The notes under the pieces were generated by a model. That model saw nothing but the letters and a program-made list of their open reading frames with translations. It did no database searches and was not told where the DNA came from. Positions 52,326 through 64,000 of a stretch of 64,000 bases of DNA are shown here, one piece after another. Origin of the DNA: Octopus sinensis (lineage: Eukaryota); assembly GCF_006345805.1 (NCBI RefSeq), contig NC_043000.1, positions 92,256,001-92,320,000 on the forward strand, read 5' to 3'. A program made the position numbers and the translations under genes. Within the stretch, counting starts at the first letter, position 1, and every line of letters starts with the position of its first letter.

Positions 52326-54085
52326 AGAGAATGAGTAGGAGAGATGTAGCTATTAATCTTATGTCATACTGGTCAGACACATCAATAAGTTAAAGACTAT
52401 CTTGGTTGTATCATTTCCAAAATTATGTATCTGTTTGCAAATTTCCACATGTATTAATTCAAAATACACCATGAACACTTTACAAACGTCAGCAACATAG
52501 ACTTTGTACATACATCAAACTTAATGTAATTTACCGTTCTCTCCATTCTGTAAGACTTTCTGTAATTCCTCTCAAATATATTTTTTAAAACATTGTACCA
52601 AGATCAGTTTTAGGAATTTTTCAAAATCTTTTGGCATATGTCTTATCAAATATAACTTTTAACTCTTTAGCATTCAAATTATTCTGTTAAATATAAGAAG
52701 CGCCGGCATGGGTATGTGGTAAGAAGCTTGCTTCTCAACCACATGGTCCCGAGTTCAGTTCCACTGCACGGTACTTTGGGCAAGTGTACTCTGCTACAGC
52801 CTTGAGATAATCAAAGCCTTGTGGTTGGATTTGGTTGATGGAAACTGAAAGAAGCCCATCGTGAATGCAGAGAATAAGTGGAAGTGTGGTCAATGATAAA
52901 CATCAGTTTGGAAGCAGAAGATTAAGGAAATAGGAGTAGGTTAGCAGGGGGGGGGGATAGTTAGCAACACAGATGATGAGAAGTGTGAAGTGAGAGAGTG
53001 CATGAGCGAGGCATTGTGACAGGGATAAGGTCAGTCGTAAATATATAATAGTCCAGTAATAAAATTCTAGTCTGAAATATGCAATAGGATGTGGGGTGAT
53101 ATAACTAACTAAATCTATTGATGGAAGTGCCCCAGCATGGCCACTGTCCCCTGACTGAAATCAGTAAATGGATAAATTTATGTAGGCAGATGTGAAGGTA
53201 AGCTTGTGTATGTGTAATTTAGAATAAATATTTTAAATACAAATGATAATGAATTAAGATTTGACATAATTATCATTATAATCACAATCATAGCTTTAAC
53301 GTCCATTTTTCCTTGTTAGCATGGTTTGGAGGGATTTTAATAAGGCAGGTCCTCCACAGCTGGAGGCTCTTCCTATCACCAACATTCCCCTGTTTCCAGG
53401 TAGGGTAGTATTGCTCCCATGGTCTGATATGTTTGCATAGTGTGCTTGTATGACAGTGACATTCATATGATGTCATGGTAACGATACAAAAATACACACA
53501 CATACACACACATGCACACACACACACTCATAGACACAAGCATCTGTATACACACACATATATATAAACATACATACATATTCTTTTATTCTTTTACTTG
53601 TTTCAGTCATTTGACTACAGCCATGCTGGAGCACCAACTTGAAGGGTTTTAGTTGAACAAACTGTCCCCAGGACTCATTTTTTAAAACCTAGTACTTATA
53701 TTATCAGACTCTTTTGCCAAACTGCTAAGTTGCAGGGATGTAAACACACCAACACTGGTTGTCAAGAAGTGATAGTGGAACAAACATTGACACAAAGACA
53801 CACACACACACATATTTATATATGACAGGCTTCTTTCAGGTTCTGTCTACCAAATCCACTCTCAAGACTTTGGTTAGCCAGAGGCTAAAATAGAAGACAC
53901 TTGCTTGTCCAAGGTGCCACACAGTGGGACTGAACCTGGAACCATGTAGTTGGAAAGCAAACTTTTCAATGACACTGTCATGTTCACACCTTCAAGTGTT
54001 TTAATATTTAATATAAATTGTTTTCCACTTTATCATCCACTATCCTCAGTCTGTCTGTAAGTCTCTTTGTCTCTGTCTCTGTTTC

Positions 54086-54134
<49 letters not shown>

Positions 54135-54325
54135 TTTGTTTCTCTCTTTGACTTTCTATCTTCTTTTTATGATGATTTACATTCACTAGTTGAAATAAAG
54201 GAAAGTTTATACCAAATTTTTTATCCCTTTCTTAAAAATATTTGGTAGAATATTTTCAAAGGACACAAAGCATAAACTTAATATTTGGTTGATAGTGGTT
54301 TGTCTACATATTCTTGTTATTCTTG

Positions 54326-55030
54326 AATGATGATGATGATGACGACTGTGATGATAATGACAAAGATGATGATAATGATTGTAATAATGACAATGATGAT
54401 GATGACAATGATGATGATGACAATGATGATGATGATGATAACTAATGATGGGTATGATGACAATTGATGACAGTGTTCCATCATCACCATTGTCAGCATC
54501 AGCATCAGCGACGTCAGTGATGATGATGGTGATGATGATGATGGTGATGATGATGATATAATCAATGACAATGATTATAATGGTGTTGACGAGGATCATG
54601 ATAACGATGATGATGATGGTGATGATGATGATGATGACGATGATGATGATGAGGTTAGTGTTACAGATGTTATCGTTGTTAATAAGAACCAAACTTGATT
54701 ACTTATATCAAGATACACAAATAAATAAAGAAGTCAATAAATAACACCAAATCGCTACCTCACCCCAGCACCACCACCCCACAAAAAAAAAACAGAGAAA
54801 GAAAGAATAAATACACAAATAAATAAAATAAAATAAAATAAAATAAATTGAAAATCCTATTCTAGTTTTGTCTGATTTTGTCATTAAACAAACAATTGTC
54901 CGACAAAATATCGAAGGAAATTTGGGGAGAGAAGGAACTTTTGCAATTATTTTTTTTACATTTTTAGTTTTATTTCCTCTTTCCGCTGTCACTACCATTG
55001 CAGAAGAAGCAAATAATAATAATAATAATA

Positions 55031-55061
<31 letters not shown>

Positions 55062-56765
55062 GTTGATAATAATGATAATAATGACGATGATGATAATGAT
55101 AATAATAATGATAATGATGATGATGATAATGATGATGATAATAGGTAAAAATTTAGGAAAGAATGATGGCCAAAGAACAAACAAAAGTATATATGCTATT
55201 TATAGAGTGGTCTTGAAGAAGAAGGAGGAGGGGAAAAAAATAAGTGTTGAAATTACTTCAGTAATAACTCTAGTGGGGGCCAAAGCTTCAGAAATTAACC
55301 TTTGTATATCTGGCATGACCCCCACTAGAATTAAATTAGTTGCAGACTGATGTTGTTTCATTACTACACTGCATACTTCCATCATCACCATTGTCAGCAT
55401 CAGCATCATCGGCATCATAATCATCGCCATCATCATCATCATTGTCATCGTTGTTGTGGTAGTAGTGGTGGTGGTGGTGGTGGCTGTAGTCATCGTCGCT
55501 GTCGTTGTCATTGTCACCATCATCTTCGGCATAATCAACATCCTCTTCATCATCATCATCATCATCACCATCATCCTCATTATCATCTTAGTTATTGTTG
55601 TCATTGTTGTCATCATTAACATCGTCATCATCATTTTGATCGTCTTCCTGCTCCTTTTCCTCCCCTCCTTATTATCATCATCATCATCATTATCATCGTC
55701 ATCTTCAACATCTTCACCGTCATCTTCATCATCATCATCATCCTCTTCATCGTCATCATCCTTATCATCTTCATCATCATCATCATCATCATCATTATCA
55801 TTATCTTCATCATCATTTTCATTCTCCTTCTCTTCATCCCTCTCCTCCTTCTCCTCCTTCTCCTTCTCCTCTTCCTCATCATCAAAATCATTTTCATCAT
55901 CATCATCATCACCATCATCATCATCAAAATCATCATCATTATCATCATCATCATTATCATCATCATTAACTGGTGGCAGTAATGCAAAATAATTTTCTGC
56001 GTGTTTTCAATAGGCCGTTTTGCCAATTCCCTTTAAGAGCGCCGATGTTGGTCTGGCATTTACCATTTTAATATTACTGTGGTTACTGAACTATCTAAAT
56101 TTTTGAAGATTAATTTTTTTTCCTAGGAGAGGTGGAAGGAGGAGGAGGTATTTTGGAGGGTAATTGCTACATTAACCTTCACTGAATTGGTAGTGATGAT
56201 GGTGGTGGTGGTGGCAGTGGTCGTTGAGAACTGCTTAGATTTTTTTTTATTGATGAGTGGAAGATTTGGAGTTAGAAGAATGGTTAAGTGTTAATGAGTA
56301 ATGGATTGTGTAAAATGTTATGGCAACAAGGACTGAAAGACGGCTAGCATGACGAACAGTGGTTCAGAACTTGATGCTGACATTTCCTTCATTGGTGCCT
56401 AGGCAGATGGGCATCATCATCATCTTCATCATCATCAGTGTCATCATCATCTTCATCATCATCATCTTCATCATCATCATCGTCATCATTATCATCATCA
56501 TCATCTTCATCATCATCATCATCATCAACATCATCATCATCATCATCATCATTTTCATCATCATCATAATTCTCATCATCATCGTCATTGTCATCCTCAT
56601 CATTGTTATCATTGTCATCTGCATTGTTGTTGTCATCATCTTCACCGTCATCATCATCATCATCGTCATAATCAACGTTGTTATGATTGTCATCATTATC
56701 ATCATGGTCGTTATTATCAATATCATCATCATAGTTATCATCATCATCATCATCATCATCATCAT
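54326..56765. repeat. Alternating (GAT)n and (CAT)n trinucleotide tracts
   Basis: (GAT)-type 54326-54660 and 55010-55140; (CAT)-type 55375-55965 and 56410-56765. Confidence 0.9.
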
Positions 56766-57233
56766 TTAACATTTGTATTCCATGCTGATGTTGTTTGGAT
56801 GGCTTGGCAATATCTAACAAGACTGCTTGCTCTAGGCTCCAATATCTACTTTGACATGGTTTCTGCGACTGGATGCTCTTCCAGTTCCCAACCACTTTTC
56901 AGAGTGTACTGGCTACTTTTTCTCTCCTGGCACTGGCACTAGGGAGGGCACCAAGTAAATAGGATGCCAAGAACTCTTGAGAGGCTAAAGCATGATAAAG
57001 ATTCAGAAACAGGCATCCTGCTGTAGAAGAGATACATGGCTACTTATGTAGACAGAGAAAGGATGTTGGAGATGAGTTGTCAGGACATACCCTCAAGGTA
57101 CAAGAAGGTCTATAAAATGAGAATAGGGGTAGAATCTAGGATGGGTAAGTTTACAAGAGTGTGATTGGTGACTGACAGATGATACAAGCAGCTGATCAGA
57201 CATGGGCAGTTACTGAAGGAAGTATCTTTATAC

Positions 57234-57297
<64 letters not shown>

Positions 57298-57766
57298 CAA
57301 GCAAAACGCTCCACTGTCCAATGGATGGTGCTGAGTTGTCAGACATTTAAACCAAATTATCTCAAAACAATTTGTCCGACCGTCCCATAGGCCTCCCCTT
57401 TGAGAAACACTGATTTAACCTAAATTTGAGATACCAGCAAAAGAAGAAATAAAGATAGACTTTTTTTCTATTCCAAGAAAAACGATTTTACAAATGCACG
57501 TTCCCATGACTTTATCGATTGCCTTCTCACCTGGAATCAATTTTTGTAATTTTTTCAGGACTTATACATGCCCTGATATGGTCAGTATCTACGTAACAAA
57601 TTTGAGCACAATCGGATGGAGGCTGTCCGAGATCCTAGAAGACACATATACAGACAGAAAGAATGGATTTTATATATATATATATATATATATATGGGAA
57701 CGCCATGTTGAATCGTTAGCCCCTACATACAAAATGTTTTTTCTCTCCTTGTTTCTTTTCTGTGTA

Positions 57767-57804
57767 TCTTTCTGTCGAAGAGCGTAGGCTCAAAACGTAA
57801 AAGA
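57767..57804 (+). ncRNA. Minimal HHR-like motif, A6U variant, with G12A change (likely inactive)
   Basis: tctttctgtcgaagagcgtaggctcaaaacgtaaaaga; GAAA reads AAAA here. Confidence 0.5.
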
Positions 57805-60455
57805 CTTGTTTTATTTCTATTCCTGAGCGCCATACTAATACATTATTTGTTTGTACTCCACCTGCCTTCGTCTTTTGTTTATTTTCGTAAACCTGCCTTC
57901 GTCTTTTGTTTATTTTCGCAAACCTTCCGTTATATATATATATTTATTACGTTTATATGTTAGATGGAATTTGAAGCTAACACGAGAAATCTCTAGCGTG
58001 ACTTTTTTATTGATGTATCCGAAGAAACCCAGAACAATGGGTTGAATCGTGTTGTACTTAATAAAAATCTAATACACATTCCATCACCGAGGCCTAGAAG
58101 CCACAAGCCAGAAGAGAAGCCTGCATATCATAAGCACTTGCTATTTTCTTTATATATCTTGCACAATCCTGTAGAATTGAATTTATAGGAAACTTATATT
58201 GTTTCATTACTACACAATGTCCACAATCCTCATCATCATCATCATGGTCACCATGGTTAGCATCATCATCATCATCAATATCATCATTCTATGCCTGTTT
58301 CTAAGCTGGCGTGGGTACATGGGTTACTTGGTTTGACAAGATGCAATGGATCAGATGACTAAGTTTTTCCTCAGTGTCTAAAACTTTGCATAGTTTCTCT
58401 GGCTGGATGTCCTTCCAAACATCAATCGCTTTACAGAGTGTAATAGGTGCATTTTTTCTGTGGTACCACCACTGGCAGAGTTACCTTTAGTTCATAAAGC
58501 CCCATGATGGTTAGAGAGGGTCAAGAAGAGAGAGAAGGGAAAGATTGGCAATAAAAGGTGAACAAGACAGCGGTAGGTGATGAGATAAAGGTGAGAGTAA
58601 GTAGTGGGTAAGGGGAAGTGATTGGAAATAACAGAGGTGGACAAAAGTAGGGGTGGCTCAGAGGAGAGAGACTGATAATTGGCAGCACACTGTGGTGAAG
58701 TTAGAGTGTATGTAACAGGATTAGGGAATGACAGTGGTCTAATGTAGTCTCGTATAATAGATCTGCTAAAGAGCAGGTGAACAGAACTCTGAGGATTGAG
58801 TGAGCTGTACAGGTGGCAGAGAAATGAGAGATCAGAGATGGAGGGCTGTCAGTGACAAGAAGAAAGGCAAGAAGTGGATGAGCAACTGGTAGATGTGAGT
58901 GGTAGAGTCAAAGACGTAAGATGAGCAGATAGCAAATATAGGCCACCAGCTCTTTATGTTCTAAGCTCAAAACCTGCCAAGACAAGCTTTATCATTCAAT
59001 CCAAAGTCTGACAAGACATTTTAAAAGTAAATGCTTTATGGATGTGAAAATCTGGGTAATCCTATAAACCAGCCATAACTATCTTTATTTCCCCATCCCT
59101 ATCCATCTATCACTGCAATTTTACACTCACTCTGATCAATCCTCAATTCCATTTCAATCATATTTACCTTCCTATACCTTGAGTGTGTTCCCTGACACCT
59201 CATCATTACCAACGTTTCTATTTTCCCTCTTTCCAGCTGGAGTAGCTATGTCACTCCTTTATAGCATGACTTTCACCTATCTTCTCTAAACACTAGTGAT
59301 AGTCAGTTTCACTTTTTCTTTCTTATCACCTCCCTTACTTTCATCTCAGGAACTGATTGATGTTGAGGACAAAAATTGAGAAAGGGAGAGAAAAAGTCTA
59401 TATGGGAGAATAAAGAAGAGAGAAAGTAAATTTGGGAGAATGTGAGTAGTATTTTATTTTCAATTATTTTCAGTTTAAGGCATAACCATGTACATAAATA
59501 TGTTGTCTGAATTTATGATTATTTCTTCAGCGTCAAATTATTAAAGAAACTGAAACTGCAGATTCTCAAATTTTCAGAGAGAGAGAGATTACTATTCTGT
59601 GTATTCATTATTGAATATGCAATACTTACCTTATTTTGATTTTATATAGTAGATGCTTGTATTTGTAAGTATTGCATATTTAGTTTGGAACTACTGACAT
59701 TTTGAACTCCCTAATTTTTCTTCTGGTATTTCATGTTAGATTTATTTAAATATGTTTTGAGAATTTACTGGCAATTTCAAACAATTTTATTAGGAAAAAC
59801 TATTAAACATAGTAATATTGGCTAAAACATTACCAAATACATCAGATCCATTCTTTTTAGATATCTCTCATCCTATGAATTGTTCGAAATCACTTGAGAC
59901 CAGAAACTAATTCCTCAATTGATTTATAAGAAGGATGTTTGGTATATTTCTTGCAAAAATATTGTTTAGCCAATGTGATTAACAAAATATAAGTGGCACC
60001 CTATTTTATAAATCACTTTTAATTTTCAAAATGTCAAATGATTATTCAATTTTTCAGATGATTCACTAAATTCAGCAGTGATATTCTAAATAAAACAAGC
60101 TAATAGAAAACAGTTTAAATAGTGAAACAAAAGAATAATTAAAATCTATGGCAAATATTTCCAATAATGGACCAAAAGCAGGAAAGCAATTTAGGACTAT
60201 CAAATGTTATGGATGCCCAGAAGCCAACACCTTATTATATTGTTTGTTAACTGTTTCTTCCTTATATTAATTTTTAGTCCATTTTACAATTGTACACTCC
60301 AGTCAAAGTAGAACCTTTAATCTTAGACTAGACAAACTAAATTGAAGACTAACCATGTTTTGTGGTGAACATATGATATTTCACACCCAGGAATGTATGT
60401 ATGTATATATATATATATCTGTGTGTGTGTATATATATGTATACCTATATCTACA

Positions 60456-60522
<67 letters not shown>

Positions 60523-60759
60523 TTATATTTATATGTATGTATGTATGAATATGTATATATATATTAATGTATATGCATTTACATGTATGTATTATATATA
60601 TATATATATATATATATGGTTATCCGTAATAATGAAGGGTGAAATTAATTAATTTGGAATAATTATCAATTACACCAAGTAGTCTTCGGCATGTAAAAGC
60701 CTCATTCGAGGAAAATTTAAGTAATACTAAGCAATAAAGGGTTTAGCAACGAATTGCCT

Positions 60760-60790
<31 letters not shown>

Positions 60791-61019
60791 CAGGGTGTGG
60801 CTGAAAGGGTGCCCTGATTTCAAAGGTTAATAAAAAACAAACACATAAAGATACAAAAAAAAAATTTGTATTTCTATGAAGTACATTAAACGCCATTGTG
60901 ATTCAAGTTGTTTTGAAAATTGTGTCATTTATCATAGAAATACAAAGTTTTTTCATGCATCTTCATGTGTTAGTTTTTATTAACCTTTGAAATCAGGGCG
61001 ACCTTTCTGCCACACCCAG
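60791..61019. mobile_element. Tc1/mariner-type MITE with ~90-bp TIRs in (TA)n
   Basis: cagggtgtggctgaaagggtgccctgatttcaaaggttaataaaaa... versus ...tttttattaacctttgaaatcagggcgacctttctgccacacccag; TA flanks. Confidence 0.85.
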
Positions 61020-62392
61020 TATATATATATATATATATATATATATGCTTTAGGTTAGTTCAAATATGTTTGTGACGTATATTAACTTCTAAAGGCAATT
61101 TCATAGCAGTATATCAAAGACGAAAACATTCTTGCTTATGCTAAGGGAGTAAATGCAACGTTGTCAACTCATTGGATTCTGTTCTTGGACCATAGGTGCA
61201 TTTATGATTCATTTTGTCTTCCATAGTAGGGTATACTAATGAGAGATAACCCTGAGCTTACTAGAAAGCCATAATTTTATAATAGATCAGTCAACTCTTG
61301 TGACTGGTCTGTGCTTGATGATTACCCACACAGAGTAAATGTGTAAGTAGTGATGGACAGTAAACAAACTTTAGGTTATCTCTACATATGTGGGAAGTTT
61401 CATCTGTGAGTGTGCTTGTGGAGTTTTTAGCTAACTCCTCCTACATCGTTTAATCGATTTTGATGAAACTTGACACGTGAGTAGAATTTGTGTCTGGAAA
61501 CCTCATGGCATACTCAGATTGTTAAAAAAACTGATAATAGGACCCCTGGAAGTGATCCTTATATATATCCTAATATATTTTATTTTAAAAACCAATGGAA
61601 ATACCCCCCATTTGCTCCTGGAAGGGATCCTTATGTATAGTCTTGGGAAACAACCCATTCATTTTCCTAAATTATTTGGTAAAAATAAAATTGATTATAT
61701 TTATTTCTTAGTATTTGAACTGTTAGAAATATTTTCACAATTTATCCCGTACAACCCTTAACTAAGTAAACAGTATTTTCCTAAACAATAGATCCACTTA
61801 TTTCAGTGACTTATTCACGACTATAGCAACACTAGCACCTCTGAGGGTAATATTCTCTGGGAATACACAAAAGCCCTTTTCAGAGTTATTTACTTTGGAT
61901 TGTTATCTCATATCTAATTAGCTTGTTATTAAGTAACATGCTTTACTAGTATTTCCTCCTATGTTCTATATACTCTGGGAATGCTTCAAAGCCCTTTTTG
62001 GGGCTACTTTATTTGAATTCTTACTATAGGGTAACTAATATTATGTTATTACATAACTGACTTCACAATTTGGACTTCACAATTCATAACTTATTGTGAA
62101 TTCCTAAAAACTAGATCTTGTGTAAGACAGGTTGGTATTCTCTGTAAATGCACAAAAGCCGTTTTAAGGGCTTCATACTTTTATTACTGTGTATGAGTAT
62201 GTAAAAAAGTTGATCGCTTAATTTGAGTTTTTATTTTAATGCTTATATAAACATATATAGACATTTATGCATACATACATATACATTTATGTAATACATA
62301 TATACATATATAAAGAGACATACATATAGGTATATACATACACATGTAAACATATGCATATATATTTATACATTAAGAGATTAGCCATAATA

Positions 62393-63050
62393 TACAGGAT
62401 TGCCACAGAGTCACACACCATGAGAGATATCCAGTATGCTTTATTAGCAAAGAAGTATGTAATTCATTACAAATGTTCAAAGTGTTGGTCATGTAGCTCT
62501 AAACAAGTGTTCATATGGAATTTTAAATTGTGATGAGCCCTCTCAAATACTCTTCATTGCTGATGACTTGTTTACATACTTCAACAATTCTTTGAAGGAG
62601 ATGTCCTTGGTCACAAATCTTTTCAGAATACACAAGGGTTTTAATGTAGCCCCAGCAAAAAAAGGAGTTAAATCTGGTGACCGTAGTGCCCATTCAATTG
62701 GCCTGCAACGCCCAAGCCATCTCCCTGGAAAATGTTTGTTCAGAAAATCACAAACCTGTAATGCCTAATGTGGTGGAGCCCCATCTGGTTGAAACCAGCC
62801 ATGATTTTCTCTTCTAAGTGAATGCCCATGAAGTATCAACTTGTTGCCAAGCATGGCCAGATACAAATCACCCGTCGCAGAGCCCTCGAAATAAAATGGT
62901 CCAATTACTTGATTGTGCCAAATCCCATACAACACTATTACCTTGCGCCTACCTTGTTGATTATCTGTCTCCATCCAATGAGGAATGGTTTGTGAGTAAT
63001 ATCAGCAGTTGTGAAAAGAGATAAAAAAAAGAGAATGTTACCAATTTCAC
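62393..63050 (-). pseudogene. Tc1/mariner-superfamily transposase relic
   Basis: VIGPFYFEGSATGDLYL..WFQPDGAPPH*ALQVCDFLNKHFPGRWLG..PIEWALRSPDLTP, matching FQQDGAPPH...FPGRWIGR...WPPRSPDLTP; tacagg TIR-like end at ~62394. Confidence 0.85.
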
Positions 63051-64000
63051 ATATTGCAGGATGGTGCATGACTTTATGGCCACCCTGTACAGTAAACATA
63101 TTTGAACATATTGCATATGTGGCACCTTGGGCAAGTGTCTTCTACTATAGCCTCGGGCTGACTAAAGTCTTGTGAGTGGATTTGGCAGATGGAAATTGAA
63201 AGAAGCCCGTCGTATATATGTATACATTTATGTATGTGTGTGTATATGTCTGTGTTTGTCCCCCCAACATCACTTGACAACCGACACTGGTGTGTTTACG
63301 TCCCTGTAACTTAGCGGTTCGGCAAAAGAGATCGATAGAATAAGTACTAGGCTTACAAAGAATAAGTTCTGGGGTTGATTTGTTCGACTAAAGGCGGTGC
63401 TCCAGCATGGCAACAGTCAAATGTCTGAAACAAGTAAATGAGTAAATGAGAATGAGTAATATGATTTTGATAATATTGAACTTGTGAACATTTACATCAC
63501 AAAGGCAAAATAAATGTATTCACCATTGTTTTTCACAATAACAAGAATTTTGTGTATTTTCTCTGGCAGGTGTTACAGGTCATAATTTCATTTCAGAACA
63601 TGTAATATATTTTAATTAAATTTGTAAAAAATTCAGCGTAACTTTTCTTGCAAAATATCCAGTTTTATTTCGTTCTATACCTTCTACTTATGATTGTTGT
63701 TTTTGTATTTAGGACTTCCAAAAACTTTTTTTGAAAATTCATGAGATATTTTCTCATGTGTTAAAGAAAATTATTGTCTATGTTGTATTAGTTTCTTGAG
63801 GCATATACATAACCTGTCTCATTTGCTTTCATATTTAAGGTAAAATCTTTTTCCCCTTTTCAGTACATTTCGAGGTTCATCAATCCAAATTTTACACTTA
63901 TGAAACAACTAGCTTAAAAGCTGCACTCCATGCGGACTTTTAAGCTAGCTCTTGTGGAGGGCTAATTCATCATCATCATCATCATCATCATCGTTTAACG

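Noticed and set aside
54207-56895. Long poly-Met/Asp/Ile/Ser/His ORFs
   Set aside because: Read-through of (GAT)/(CAT) tracts.
59630-60085. Minus-strand exon candidate with good splice sites and 456-nt length
   Set aside because: Manual translation gives multiple stops in all three frames.

Overview
Repeat-dominated, AT-rich eukaryotic DNA. The SINE/LINE repertoire and microsatellite load look like an octopus (coleoid cephalopod) genome; this is inferred from recall, not from a search. No host protein-coding gene can be supported. Almost all ORFs in the supplied track are microsatellite read-through or fragments of transposable elements. Contents: (TA)n/(TAA)n/(CAT)n/(CA)n tracts; several tRNA-derived SINE families; two young 5'-truncated RTE-clade LINEs and older RTE relics; CR1- and L2-like relics; R4/Dong-like restriction-like-endonuclease (REL) retrotransposons in (TAA)n, including a head-to-tail train of three distinct ones; mariner/Tc1 relics and MITEs; and a decayed Penelope-like (PLE) reverse transcriptase that the ORF track misses. 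The main discovery is a set of type I hammerhead ribozyme (HHR) motifs read by eye. (1) A ~490-bp tandem array at 30272-33226 (retrozyme-like). Each unit carries an HHR with an unusually long, G-U-rich helix II, and the array ends in a fold-back inversion. (2) An adjacent duplicated element with a minimal HHR showing a G3-C8 core swap. (3) A minimal A6U-variant HHR in two inverted copies, one directly upstream of the PLE RT relic. All sit in (TA)n tracts. Ribozyme activity is inferred from the fold, not shown. SINE and relic boundaries are approximate.
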